Source: Macrostomum lignano (Eukaryota). Taken from it: 64,000 bases of DNA. The position numbers and the translations under genes are program-made. The DNA lies in assembly GCA_002269645.1 (NCBI GenBank), contig NIVC01000460.1, forward strand, positions 496,001 to 560,000, written 5' to 3'. This document shows, in pieces, positions 13,551 through 28,374 of this stretch. The notes under the pieces are model-generated. The model ran no database searches. It was not told where the DNA came from and saw nothing but the letters and a program-made list of their open reading frames with translations. How positions within the stretch are numbered: the stretch's first letter is position 1; every line of letters begins with the position of its first letter.

Positions 13551-13995
13551 ATTATCTCACCCCAGTGTCTCTTATCTATCGAGTATCTCACCCCAGTGTC
13601 TCTTATCTATCGAGTATCTCACCCCAGTGTCTCTTATCTATCGAGTATCTCACCCAGTGTCTCTTATCTATCGAGTATCTCACCCCAGTGTCTCTTATCT
13701 ATCGAGTATCTCACCCCAGTGTCTCTTATCTATCGAGTATCTCACCCCAGTGTCTCTTATCTATCGAGTATCTCACCCCAGTGTCTCTTACCTAATTAGT
13801 ATCTCACCTCTGTGTCTCTTATCTATCGAGTATCTCACCCCAGTGTCTCTTATCTATCGAGTATCTCACCCCAGTGTCTCTTATCTATCGAGTATCTCAC
13901 CCCAGTGTTTTTTATCTATCGAGTATCTCATCCCAGTTTCTCTTATCTATTAAGTATCTCACCCCAGTGTCTCTTATCTATCGAGTATCTCACCC
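13551..13995. repeat. 31-bp minisatellite (CTCACCCCAGTGTCTCTTATCTATCGAGTAT)
   Basis: About 14 units. Confidence 0.97.
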
Positions 13996-14744
13996 AAGCA
14001 CCATATTCAATATCTCACTTCGGTATGGCACTTTTATTCTCTCTTATCTCACTAAAGATTTGTGATCGCATTATTTGATGTTGCAACTATACAATTATAG
14101 ATTTTTAACGCACAAAATTATCAAATTATCTTAATTATACAACAAGCCAATTTACTGTTAAATGCTATCTGCCAGCAAATCTGTTGTCATGTTGTAGTAG
14201 CTTTTGGACGCCAAAATTTGTTGTTGTTGATAAACTGAAGTTGCACTTTTTCAACCACGATGAGTCAATCAAATTTATTGAAGGCTTGCTAAACTCGACT
14301 ATAATTGATTTTATTATTAAAATGACCTTTTATGCCTTTCCAGGCCACTCTGCTGTCCAACTCGTGACTGAGGTCTCAGTTAATAAGCCAGTCTATCGCA
14401 TCTCCCGTGCCTTCTTTCAAGTCTAGTGCAATAATAAATTCCCTGATAGCCATCTCTGTTCACCCCGCTACCGCTTAATACGGCGTCTCCGTCCACCTGC
14501 TATAGTGATGAACTCTTTACTAATTATTTCTATCGCCCACTTATCCTTATAAGCGTGCGCCAGCTTCACAATTGCTAGAAGCGGAATCGTTCCAGCAAAG
14601 ATTGATTCTTGCACGATATTTGTAATAAAATTGTGATTAAAAATAAATTTTATTTTTCTTCTACTCTAATGCTCAAAGCAATTATTAAATTTGTTTGTGG
14701 CTTTGCGATTTCGATTTTCCTGCGGCCCGTCTAGCGCATTTAGC

Positions 14745-16655
<1,911 letters not shown>

Positions 16656-16967
16656 CAACAGCAATGCACAGTAAGGCACGCAGACTTTGCTTATAATCCG
16701 TATTCCAGTCATATTCAGTGTCGTTAAAATTAATGGAAATGTCGCTTCTGATAATATAATTCGTTCGAAATTTCTTAACAGTCCGTGCCTTCCTTTGCTA
16801 TCTAGCGGCGGGTATTTTTCCTATGGCGATTGGCGCTTTTCTTTATTTAGTCACTGGTAAAATCTCTAGAGATTCGAATTTTAAGTAACACCCGGCACTT
16901 CACTGAGATGCCGGCTTTAATTGACACGAAGAAATGAAGATTTCGGCCTCTTTTCTTTCTTGCTCGT

Positions 16968-16971
<4 letters not shown>

Positions 16972-17020
<49 letters not shown>
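16972..17020. repeat. (CT)n microsatellite
   Basis: Read directly from the sequence. Confidence 0.95.
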
Positions 17021-17022
<2 letters not shown>

Positions 17023-17304
17023 TTTTGCGTTTGCTAATTTCTCTATTTCCAGTCAATTCGGTCTCGGTCGAATCCCCCCGAGGACTCATGCACCCATGCA
17101 GCGCCGGTCACTCTAGCTGGCACTCCCCCGGCCTCTTCGGCCTCAACTCCCGCTAAGCAACACGTGCAGCCTTCCAGCCTGCTTGCAGCTTCATTTCCCG
17201 TCCTCCTGCGGCCTCTAATCTGCTCCGGGCTGCTGAGCTGCTCCATTATAGCTGTGCTCCCCTGTTGCCGGGCTGTTGGACCGGGGGAAATTCGGTGCCG
17301 TAGG

Positions 17305-17825
17305 GCTGTGCCTGTCTTAATGCCTGTCTCAGTGTCTGTCTCAGTGCCTGTCTTAATGCCTGTCTCAGTGTCTGTCTCAGTGCCCGTCTCAATGCCTGTC
17401 TCACTGTCTGTCTCAGTGCCTGTCTCAGTGTCTGTCTCAGTGCCCGTCTCAGTGTCTGTCTCAGTGCCTGTCTCAGTGTCTGTCTCAGTGCCTTTCTCAG
17501 TGCCTGTCTCAGTGCCTGTCTCAGTGTCTGTCTCAGTGCCCGTCTCAGTGTCTGTCTCATATCTGTCTCAGTGTCTGTCTCAGTGCCTGTCTCAGTGTCT
17601 GTCTCAGTGCCTTTCTCAGTGCCTGTCTCAGTGCCTGTCTCAGTGTCTGTCTCAGTGCCCGTCTTAATGCCTGTCTCAGTGTCTGTCTCAGTGTCTGTCT
17701 CAGTGCCTGTCTTAGTTGCCTGTCTCAGCATCTGTCTCAATGCCTGTCTCAGTACCTTCTTAGTGTCTGTCTCATTGTCTGTCTCAGTGCCTGTCTCAGT
17801 GTCTGTCTCAGTGTCTGTCTTGTGT
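17305..17825. repeat. 12-bp minisatellite (TGTCTCAGTGYC)
   Basis: Read directly from the sequence. Confidence 0.93.
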
Positions 17826-18239
17826 CTGTCTGTCTATCTCTCTTTCCGTCTGTCCGTCTGTCTTTGTTTCTGTCTGTCTGTCTGTCTGTCCGTCTTAGTG
17901 TCTTAGTACTGTTTTATTTTGAAGTCTGCGACATTTTCAAGACCCATTTACAATCCTCTGCAGACTATTTCTCAACCCTCACTCCAAAGCGTTTAGTTCC
18001 TTGTTTGATTCATCCGACAAGGAATTTCATTTCAAAAGCTCGCCATCACCGCCGCCACTGATTGGCATTTCACAAGCGTCCCGTGGAGCCCGAAATTTTC
18101 GGCTGCTGCTTCGTCTGAATCTTTAAATGCTTCGTGCCAAGATTTTAAATAGGCTCATTTCTGAATGCTCCATTCTGTTTGAGAATTCTCTGCTGTGTAC
18201 TTTGATCATGTTGCAGCCGTCTGTTGCATACATCACACC

Positions 18240-18450
18240 CGATTATAATTTAAGTCCCATGGACACCGCAGACATTATAATTAGAATCCCATGGACACCC
18301 CAGCTATTATAATTAGGATCCCATGGACACCCCATCCATTATAATTAGGATCCCATGGACACCCCATCCATTATAATTAGGATCCCATGGACACCCCATC
18401 CATTATAATTAGGATCCCATGGACACCCCATCCATTATAATCAGAATTCC
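18240..18450. repeat. 32-bp minisatellite (CCATGGACACCCCATCCATTATAATTAGGATC)
   Basis: About 6 units; period 32 measured between 18321 and 18353. Confidence 0.9.
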
Positions 18451-18655
18451 ATTGACATCCCAGCCATTACACTTAGACAATTTCGTGGACACTAGTCAAT
18501 AAAATTAGAGCATCACAGACACCCCAATGCAGTTTAATTAGATTGGAATTCTCATCCGGACACCTCAGCAAACAGAATTAGAGTCACACGGACAGCAGCC
18601 ATCGAAATATTCCTGGCATTGCAGCGGCTCCGGAGTCCCTAAACCGGACTTCCTG

Positions 18656-19233
18656 ATGATCCCGTGCGCCAAGTTCCGCGGCTGCCTGCTGGCCGCCTTG
18701 GCTGGCGACTGCCTCGGCGCCCAGTTCGAGTTCTCTCCTCGGCGGTCCAGCTTCCGCACTGTTTGGCTGGCGTTCGACGCCAACATGCGCGAGCGGCGCC
18801 GCTGGCCGCTGGTGTACACAGACGACACGGCGCTGACGAGGGCCGTCTGCGAGTCGCTCGTCGACTGCCGCGGTCGCGTTGAACCGGCGTCACTGGCCCG
18901 CTCGCTCACCGACGCCTACTTCAAGGCCACCGACCGTGGCTACGGCGCGGCCGCTGGCGGCGTCTTTAAAGACCTTCGAGACGCCAACTTCGCCGATCCA
19001 TTTGGCCCGGCGGCGGCTCTGTTCGAGGGGCGCGGTAGCTATGGCAACGGGGGCGCGATGCGGGCCGCCCCGCTGGGTTTGATCGGTGCTGCGGCTGCGG
19101 CGGCTCCGAACGCCGAGGAGGTGCACCTGGCCACCCGGGTCACTCATTCCAATGCGCTGGCCCTGGCCGGGGCGAGGCTCATGGCTGCGGCCGTGCGACT
19201 GGCGCTGCGCTTCGACGGCGTCGACGTGGACAG
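18656..19233 (+). CDS. ADPRHL2: ADP-ribosylhydrolase ARH3 (ADP-ribosyl-serine / PAR glycohydrolase), exon 1; model join(18656..19233,19917..20144,20668..20998), 378 aa
   Basis: Motifs KFRGCLLAALAGDCLGAQFE, YTDDT, RGYG, FEGRGSYGNGGAMR and VTH match the ARH3 family. Donor GACAG|GTGAGC, phase 2. Confidence 0.92.
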
Positions 19234-19332
19234 GTGAGCCGGGAGCAGCCTGCAGGATCCGGGGAAAGAGGCCTCAGTCTGGTAGTCCTTGGCTATGCGA
19301 TCTGGATTGGAAGATTGAGAGCTGAGTATTCT

Positions 19333-19396
<64 letters not shown>

Positions 19397-19439
19397 CAAC
19401 TAACTGACTAACTAACTAACTAACTAACTAACCAACTAG

Positions 19440-19481
<42 letters not shown>

Positions 19482-19518
19482 GACTAACTAACTAACTAAC
19501 TAACTAACCAACTAACTG

Positions 19519-19560
<42 letters not shown>

Positions 19561-19586
19561 AAACTAACTAACTGACTAACTAACCG

Positions 19587-19646
<60 letters not shown>

Positions 19647-19647
19647 G

Positions 19648-19697
<50 letters not shown>

Positions 19698-19710
19698 GAC
19701 TAACTAACCG

Positions 19711-19761
<51 letters not shown>

Positions 19762-19762
19762 G

Positions 19763-19809
<47 letters not shown>

Positions 19810-19845
19810 GACTGACTGACTGACTGACTGACTGACTGACTGACT
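19333..19845. repeat. (CTAA)n intronic microsatellite changing to (CTGA)n at its 3' end
   Basis: Read directly from the sequence. Confidence 0.98.
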
Positions 19846-19916
19846 ACCTTAAGTCAGGGTAGGGTGGGGGTTAAGGTAAACATTTCCTCTATCGATTCCA
19901 ACCGGTCAATTTGCAG

Positions 19917-20144
19917 ACTGTACGACTCGCTCGCAGCAGAGGCGGCAGCCGCTGACACGGCTTGCGGCCTTCACGAAGGCGAAGCTTCGTCCTACACGTC
20001 GGCGATGCGCCAGGTGAAGGAGTTTCTAGGAAAGCATCCGGCCTCATCGGCTGTCGACGAAGAGGCGCGCGCGGTGGCCGGCGCCCTCGGCACGGAGGTC
20101 ACGGCGCTGCGAAGCGTGCCGACCGCCATCTACTGCGCGCTGAG
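19917..20144 (+). CDS. ADPRHL2: ARH3 exon 2
   Basis: TTGCAG|A acceptor and CTGAG|GTTGGT donor, both phase 2. LGTEVTALRSVPTAIYC resembles the ARH3 LG...A..SVPTAIYC motif. Confidence 0.88.
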
Positions 20145-20271
20145 GTTGGTGACGCCTTTCTGTGACTTTTCTTCGAATTCATTGATGCGGCTTGGTGAAT
20201 GGAACAAAGGAATGCTGATGAACTTTGTTTCTTGGAATCGTTTAAAGTGTAATAAATTATCACTCTTCCTT

Positions 20272-20570
20272 GAGCCATGGCATCTCAGCAACTCCCCATT
20301 GAGCCATGGCATCTCAGCAACTCCCCATTGAAGCCATGGCATCTCAGCAACTCCCCATTGAGCCATGGCATCTCAGCAACTCCCCATTGAGCCATGGCAT
20401 CTCAGCAACTCCCCATTGAGCCATGGTATCTCAGCAACTCCCCATTGAGCCATGGCATCTCAGCAACTCCACCATTGTAAATCATGGCATCTCAGCAACT
20501 CCCCTTGAGTCATGGCATCTCAGCAACTCCACCATTGTAAACCATGGCATCTCAGCAACTCCCCATTGAG
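20272..20570. repeat. 29-bp intronic minisatellite (GAGCCATGGCATCTCAGCAACTCCCCATT)
   Basis: About 10 units. Confidence 0.95.
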
Positions 20571-20667
20571 TTAATCCTTATCGTAACTCTGCTCTCAACG
20601 TTTATCGCCTCATCACCTTGATCCTTGGCTTATCAGCATCTTGGTTTGCTCTTTATTTCAAACTCAG

Positions 20668-20998
20668 CCCAACCCGCCTACCCTTCAGAACCCTTCGGCC
20701 AAGCCACCGCGTTCACCCGTTGATATCCGAATGGCAACCGCCTGGCAACCAGAATCCGAGCATTGATGAAGCGCTCAGCATTGAGCAGCGGCAGCAGCAG
20801 CAGCGCTTGCTCGACTGCCTGACCTTCGCTGTTTCCCTCGGCGGCGACACGGACACCATCGCCTCCATGGCTGGTGCCATTGTTGGCGCGGCGCTTGGCG
20901 CCGACGCCCTGCCGGCTTCGCTGATGCTGGCCTGCGAAGCCAGCGACGCTGTGGACTCTCTGGCCACTCGGCTGCATAGGGTGGCCTACTCCAGCTGA
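20668..20998 (+). CDS. ADPRHL2: ARH3 exon 3
   Basis: Contains SLGGDTDTIASMAGAIVGA, the second Mg-binding motif. Acceptor AACTCAG|C; an alternative in-phase acceptor exists at 20688. Confidence 0.88.
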
Positions 20999-21037
20999 TG
21001 ATGGGGTGCCTCTGTGACTGGCAGCCCTTCCTGCCCT

Positions 21038-22480
21038 CCCTTATCAGTCTCTCCCTCCCTTATCAGTCTCTCCCTTATCAGTCTCTCCCTTATCAGTCTC
21101 TCCCTTCTCAGTCTCTCCCTTATCAGTCTCTCCCTTATCAGTCTCTCCCTTATCAGTCTCTCCCTTATCAGTCTCTCCCTTATCAGTCTCTCCCTTATCA
21201 GTCTCCCTTATCAGTCTCTCCCTTATCAGTCTCTCCCTTATCAGTCTCTCCCTTATCAGTCTCTCCCTTATCAGTCTCTCCCTTATCAGTCTCTCCCTTA
21301 TCAGTCTCTCTTATCAGTCTCTCCCTTATCAGTCTCTCCCTTATCAGTCTCTCCCTTATCAGTCTCCCTTATCAGTCTCTCCCTTATCAGTCTCTCCCTT
21401 ATCAGTCTCCCTTATCAGTCTCTCCCTTATCAGTCTCTCCCTTATCAGTCTCTCCCTTATCAGTCTCTCCCTTATCAGTCTCTCCCTTATCAGTCTCTCC
21501 CTTATCAGTCTCTCCCTTATCAGTCTCTCCCTTATCAGTCTCTCCCTTATCAGTCTCTCCCTTATCAGTCTCTCCCTTATCAGTCTCTCCCTTATCAGTC
21601 TCTCCCTTATCAGTCTCTCCCTTATCAGTCTCTCCCTTATCAGTCTCTCCCTTATCAGTCTCTCCCTTATCAGTCTCTCCCTTATCAGTCTCCCTTATCA
21701 GTCTCTCCCTTATCAGTCTCTCCCTTATCAGTCTCTCCCTTATCAGTCTCTCCCTTATCAGTCTCTCCCTTATCAGTCTCTCCCTTATCAGTCTCCCTTA
21801 TCAGTCTCTCCCTTATCAGTCTCTCCCTTATCAGTCTCTCCCTTATCAGTCTCTCCCTTATCAGTCTCTCCCTTATCAGTCTCCCTTATCAGTCTCTCCC
21901 TTATCAGTCTCTCCCTTATCAGTCTCTCCCTTATCAGTCTCTCCCTTATCAGTCTCTCCCTTATCAGTCTCTCCCTTATCAGTCTCCCTTATCAGTCTCT
22001 CCCTTATCAGTCTCTCCCTTATCAGTCTCTCCCTTATCAGTCTCCCTTATCAGTCTCTCCCTTATCAGTCTCTCCCTTATCAGTCTCTCCCTTATCAGTC
22101 TCTCCCTTATCAGTCTCTCCCTTATCAGTCTCTCCCTTATCAGTCTCTCCCTTATCAGTCTCTCCCTTATCAGTCTCTCCCTTATCAGTCTCTCCCTTAT
22201 CAGTCTCTCCCTTATCAGTCTCTCCCTTATCAGTCTCTCCCTTATCAGTCTCTCCCTTATCAGTCTCTCCCTTATCAGTCTCTCCCTTATCAGTCTCTCC
22301 CTTATCAGTCTCTCCCTTATCAGTCTCCCTTATCAGTCTCTCCCTTATCAGTCTCTCCCTTATCAGTCTCTCCCTTATCAGTCTCTCCCTTATCAGTCTC
22401 TCCCTTATCAGTCTCTCCCTTATCAGTCTCTCCCTTATCAGTCTCCCTTATCAGTCTCTCCCTTATCAGTCTCTCCCTTC
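21038..22480. repeat. 15-bp minisatellite (TTATCAGTCTCTCCC) with 13-bp variants
   Basis: About 95 units starting about 40 nt after the ARH3 stop. Confidence 0.98.
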
Positions 22481-22825
22481 TCTTCTGTCACTTCATCTGC
22501 CTACAAATTTTGCCGTAGCTTTTTGAACTACGTTTTGCCCCAAGCTTATCTTACTATACGGTTCAAGTTTTACTACTCATACTGAAGTGCAGTTGCTGCA
22601 GGCTACTTGAGTGTATACGACTAGCATATTTTATAATCTCATACGCCTGCTGAAGCTTATGGTGTGACACGGACAGGCTGAGGCGCAGACGGTTGTCAGT
22701 CATAGAATAATTGTGCTGCCGCTGCTTGGAGATTTGCAAAAAAATATGTTACTCAGAAAACTTTCTTATTGGCCTTTCGACACATGATTCAGATGGACTG
22801 GTGTGCCTTTTTAAAACCTCGATTG

Positions 22826-23090
22826 CAGTTGCTCAGATGACCAGGGGCTCATGGGGAATTGCTCAGATGACCAGGGGCTCACGGGGAATTGCTCAGATGG
22901 TTAGCGGCTCACGGGGAATCGCTCAGATGGTTAGGGGCTCACTGGGAATTGCTCAGATGGGCGGGGGCTCATGGGGAATTGCTCAGAATTGCTCAGATGA
23001 GCGGGCTCATGCGGAATTGCTCAAATAAGCAGGGACTCACAGGGAATTACTCAGATGACCAGGGGCTCGCGGGGAATCACTCGGATGACT
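22826..23090. repeat. About 30-bp degenerate minisatellite (TTGCTCAGATGACCAGGGGCTCATGGGGAA)
   Basis: About 8 units; an inverted relative of the 20272-20570 unit. Confidence 0.85.
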
Positions 23091-24583
23091 AATTTTGCGA
23101 GCAAAATTTATCTGTTATTTTGTTATAATGCTTTAGATTTTTATTTAGCTGCTGTTGTATATTATAATTACGAGCTACAATACATTTTGATATATTGGTA
23201 ATTAACAGAAAAAGTAAACGACTCGATCACGGATCGGTGATGTTTTATTTTTATTTTGCGATCCTACGTCAGACTCTTAGTTCAGTGACTGTCCGTGCAG
23301 CTCAGGTTTATCTAATATTTATACAACTCCAGGCTCGGCAACTGCAGCGAAAAGCTGTAAGATTAATCGGGCTGGCCAGAAGCCAGTTATATGCAGACAG
23401 TAGATGTAGGCTTTAGTAGCTTCCGACAACCTGTCTATTGTGCCTGTCATGCGACCCCGCGTCTGCTAGCACGAGATAGCGTATGGGCTTAAGCCCGGCC
23501 CGTGAGCCAGCTGCAGCACAGTAATAAAATAAAGGCTAGGTAGACCCCCCAAATCCCCAATTAATCTGTCTGCGCCAGACTCCTGTTTAATCTGCTGCGA
23601 GCTTGTTGGCCTGGCCTGAGTTCTCTGTCTTTTGTGGGGTGTAGGAGTTGAGGCCCAGCGATTCTGTTCCCAATGCTTTGGCTCGCCCAGTACATCTGTT
23701 TATCATCCTCTCTCTCTCTGTAGAACCGCTTCCGGTCTAGCTAATTAATTAATCGTTCAAATTTTCATCTATTTATCGATTTGTTTATATCCCCGTGTTG
23801 TGTGCTTTCTGGGGCGTAGACCCAAATCATTTTTCGATTCATCTTGCAGCAAGATTTGGTCTATCCATACGTACTTTTTTCGGTTAGAGTTCGACGTTCG
23901 AGTTAGAGTTAAAAGCAATCTAAGTCAAGATGCACACGCTGAGCTCCAGTTTGCCCTGGTGTAAGGTAGCAGCTCTTAACTGTGGTAAATATGGGGTTGG
24001 ATCTTCAGTCCACAATCTCAGCACTGTTACCAAACCGTACATCTTTAAAATTTGAATTTCAACAATCGGAATTTTAATCCGGAAGGATAGTCAGGACTCC
24101 TCATTGGAGAGGGTGGCGCCATGCCATTTTCACTGGGCGGTATCATTACTCTGGCAGCCGACTGCCGGAGCCTGGCAACGCGCCTAAATAAATCGGCAAG
24201 TGACAACAACAGTTTTCTTTTTTGCAGGTCACAATGAAATTTTATTGCGAATTCTTCATTCGGTTGGTTTGTTATCAGTGAATTCGCAGCTGGTTTATTC
24301 TTTAACTCTGTTGGGGGGATTAAAACGTTAAACTGCCTCTTTCAAATGGACAAAATGTTCTGGAAACACATCGGATCTATGGTTCCATGGGCTTGAATCG
24401 AGTGACGAAAAATCAACTTCAGTTATTCTTCCAGTGTGTTAGGGACTCTGCGTGTTCTTTCATCCGTTGGCTGCTTGTCCGCGTTTTCCCGATCTGAAAT
24501 TATAGTTTATCGAATTTTTAAGGACATATGCTTCCCTGGTCTGTACTACTCAGCTATGTTTCTTACACGAATTGGAACTTCAC

Positions 24584-25153
24584 TTGGACCTGAAGCCATC
24601 ACCGAGCCACTTCTTGGACCTGAAGCCATCACCGAGCCACTTCTTAGACCTGAAGCCATCACCGAGCCACTTCTTGGACCTGAAGCCATCACCGATCCAC
24701 TTCTTAGACCTGAAGCCATCACCGAGCCACTTCTTGGACCTGAAGCCATCGCCGAGCCACTTCTTGGACCTGAAGCCATCACCGATCCACTTCTTGGACC
24801 TGAAGCCATCACCGATCCACTTCTTTGACCTGAAGCCATCGCCGAGCCACTTCTTAGACCTGAAGCCATCACCGATCCACTTCTTGGACCTGAAGCCATC
24901 ACCGATCCACTTCTTAGACCTGAAGCCATCGCCGAGCCACTTCTTGGACCTGAAGCCATCACCGATCCACTTCTTGGACCTGAAGCCATCACCGATCCAC
25001 TTCTTAGACCTGAAGCCATCGCCGAGCCACTTCTTGGACCTGAAGCCATCACCGATCCACTTCTTGGACCTGAAGCCATCACCGATCCACTTCTTTGACC
25101 TGAAGCCATCGCCGAGCCACTTCTTAGACCTGAAGCCATCGCCGATCCACTTT
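24584..25153. repeat. 30-bp minisatellite (GACCTGAAGCCATCACCGAKCCACTTCTTR)
   Basis: About 19 units. Confidence 0.97.
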
Positions 25154-27269
25154 TTAGTCAGGCGTTCGTCGTCATCATAGCCAGAAACTTCGTGGCTGGA
25201 ACTTTCCTGAAAGGTGTTTTGTTTTCAGTTGTAAATTTGTACTATCGGTTTTCATTCAACTCAAATATCAATCCGCTCACAAGAATGATCGGTAATAATA
25301 ACAGAAAGCTTACCAGCTTTTCGGAGAAGACCAGCGTACCACTCAGAGCCACTGTAATGAGAGATTGGGTGACCAGATATTTAAATTTAAGAGGTTATGC
25401 AAATTTTAGTCCATTTCTAAAAAAAATTCGAATATATAATTCTGCGCTGCAACGCAGAAGTCCTGTTCTACAGTTAAGAGAGAGGCTCAATACAGAATCA
25501 CGCGATAGAACACAGTTCTTTCTCTCCATCTCTCTGGCACACACAGATTTATTTCATGCAATCTGGATGGGCTGAGATAAATCCTCTCTCTTGAGTTCAT
25601 CTCTGAGCGAAAGCGAACAGGCGCGTGTTGACTGAGCAGTCGAACATCGAGACAGATGGCCGAAAGAAAGACACATGCCGTTTCTTTCGGGCTTCGCACC
25701 CGGGAAGTAGGTAGAGGTTTACGTAAGTCCTGTGCAACCGTGCAGATATTCGCAGTAATATAATATTTACGAGTAATTAGAGTGTTAATATTTGCTCTGC
25801 AGAAATGCTCCGGGATTGCGCGAATCTACTATAGCAGCATCCTAGTGTCCATCTAGCAGTGAAATATTTAGCTAATGAAATTCCATACGACTCAGTGGGT
25901 TATGAATAAATGCAAATCGTTCAAAATTAACGCAAAGACACGCAAGTTGTCCCGAAATTCGAATATGGAAGCCAACTGTTCATAGAACTTTGCAACTGGT
26001 TAGCCGCTCACATCTCGCATCCGCTTTCCTTTGTATCATGTGTCTTCAAATATCCCGATCTCTCTCTGCATCAGCGATGACCTTGGAGACTTTCTGCTAG
26101 CAGTACAAAGAAAGACACACTGGCAGATGAGAGAGGAAGTGCGCCAGTGTGGGGGGAAGTGGAAGGCAAGAATGGCCTGCTCTGAAAGCCAGATTGATGA
26201 CTCTTGACGGCAGCTCGCAGCGGCTAATGGAAGGGAAAGCAATGAATCGGGGGCGCCCGAGTCACTAGCCAAGCTTTAGTGATTCAGCACTCTGACGTCG
26301 CATCTGGTTCTGCCTTTTACCCTCTCACCTTCGCTGCACACTAATGCTTTCAGTTTTGCTTTTGCTGTTTCATAGACAGAGCAATACTAATATTGCTTGC
26401 ACTTTTTTCAAGCCGCTTTGCTAGGATAAATCGCTATGGCTAAACTCGATACCGGATTAGTTCGAACTACCCCCTAGTAACAAAATACTCGTAGCTGAAA
26501 GTCTATCAGCTAACTCAACATTCCAGAATCATTGCAGACTCTGAGCTGTCTGTGCGCTCAGAAGAGACTTTGCTAGGCATGGTAAAACTCACCGCAGAGG
26601 CACAGCATCAGAGCAGACATTGGCGCCATGGCTTAAGCTTTCGCTCCTGTTACCGCACTCTACTTGATTTGCTATGCGCTTCAAAAATGCAATAAATCAA
26701 AGCCTTCCAGCTTGACACGCGGTGAGCAAAAACCTTTTACACCCGGCTATGCCGGCTGTCTCTTATCGGTCGAGTGCGGCTCCACGGCTCAACCTGATTG
26801 GACCGTCCACAGCCTGTCTCGCTTTGCTTATTCCACCTCTCCACCACCCGCACGGAGCGGTCCTATTGGCAGGAGATCGGAGGTCGACACTTTTTTGTTG
26901 CCAAATTTTGATAATCGTTGTTTAATTTGGAGAGAGACAGAGCCAGGAGTTGTTTAGCTTCAGCAGTCAGTTTCAGCCAGTCAATTAATATATACTATGT
27001 CACTATGGGTTCTTAATTTTGAGTAAGCGCAGTAGCGTCTCCATGTCTGCTTTTGAAGCACTGATAAGAAATTCTTCATAACATCTGCATGTATATGGAA
27101 ACGTTAGTTTAGTTAATTAAATTATTTCAATTTATCAAGATATTTCATTTCATATGATTAACCTTATGTTATGAGCAGGCGGATGATTAACCCTATGAGC
27201 AGGCGGATGATTAACCTTATGAGCAGGCGGAGGATAAGCCTTATTAGAGCAGTTGGTGGTTTCTTTGAA

Positions 27270-27545
27270 GGGGTTGTAGCCCAGTGGTTGGAGGTCGGGG
27301 GTTCGATTCCCTATCCCACTCGGAGCAATTTGTGTCCTTGAGAAAGACACTTCACTCTGCATTGCTTCAGTTCACCCAGCTGTAAAATGGGTGCCAGCAT
27401 TAGCTGGGGTAACTGAGGGTGTGAGTGGTGACCCCCCAGTCCTTGGACTGAACAGCCGTACGCAGCCTTCAGATGCGCCGCGCAATAGCTGCGGCTGAGC
27501 TGTCGGTTGCACATCTGGCCCAATATGGCAATTATAATCAATTAT
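27270..27545 (+). mobile_element. tRNA-derived CORE-like SINE, copy 1 (deletion in the head)
   Basis: A box TAGCCCAGTGG and B box GGTTCGATTCC, then TGTGTCCTTGAGAAAGACACTT...CAGCTGTAAAATGGG. Near-identical to copies 2 and 3. Confidence 0.85.
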
Positions 27546-28374
27546 GCCTTCTGCTCCTCTTTAGAATTTCTATTTCTATTGGCTAGACTGATGCTGGATC
27601 ACAGTTAATTAAATAATTCAATGATTGAAAATCATGGCTAAAAGGAAATTACTATATGCAAGACAAAATCGACTAGGTTTGAGTTTGAGCAGCAAAATTA
27701 GCTCGTAGGATGAGGCACCCCGGATTCAAACAGGTGCAAAGCACTAGCTGGTGACTGCATGGTTCCTCCTAATGGATGCCACTCGCCCCACAATGCGGAC
27801 CAGTCAATACATTGGCTGACTTCTCACTCGGCCTCTACTAAAAGCATCAGGAAGCAGCGCTGGCGCCCACAGATCCCTCAGTGTCAGCTAGGTCTTCTCT
27901 CTAATGGAAATTTGTTCTGCAATAAATATAAAAAGCAGTCTGCATCGCTGCCAAACACTGGATGGATGGGGGCGGGGCGGTGTGCTCTGAGAGGAGATAT
28001 ATACGTAGGTCGTAGTTACATAAATGCTGGCTGAGGTGTTCCAAAACTTGCACTGAAGTACACCCTACCGTGCAGTAGATTTTCTGATCAATTTTTTCTT
28101 TGCATATCATCAGTCTCCGCTGCGCTCAGGGACTCTCTGCTCAAATATTGGTGCTGACCTAGCCCAATGGCTATAATGTGTATATATAGAAATGCAGCTC
28201 GCCAGGTAGTGGGCTGCTTTAGTGAGAAATTAATTTCTCTGTTTGTTGACTTGTCAGTTGCATTGGGTATTCGCACCGTTGGACAGATATGGGCATAAAT
28301 GGAATAGCGATGGAAATGGCCTAATTTATTTGGGATGAGAACTGCTGCGTGTAAATGTGAAATACAGATCGTGA

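Noticed and set aside
17043-17310. GC-richer stretch with one open frame upstream of ARH3
   Set aside because: No recognisable domain, no convincing donor, and it runs into a minisatellite.
23945-24010. TGGTGTAAGGTAGCA...GGTTGGATC, weakly like tRNA A and B boxes
   Set aside because: No cloverleaf and the B box is degenerate.
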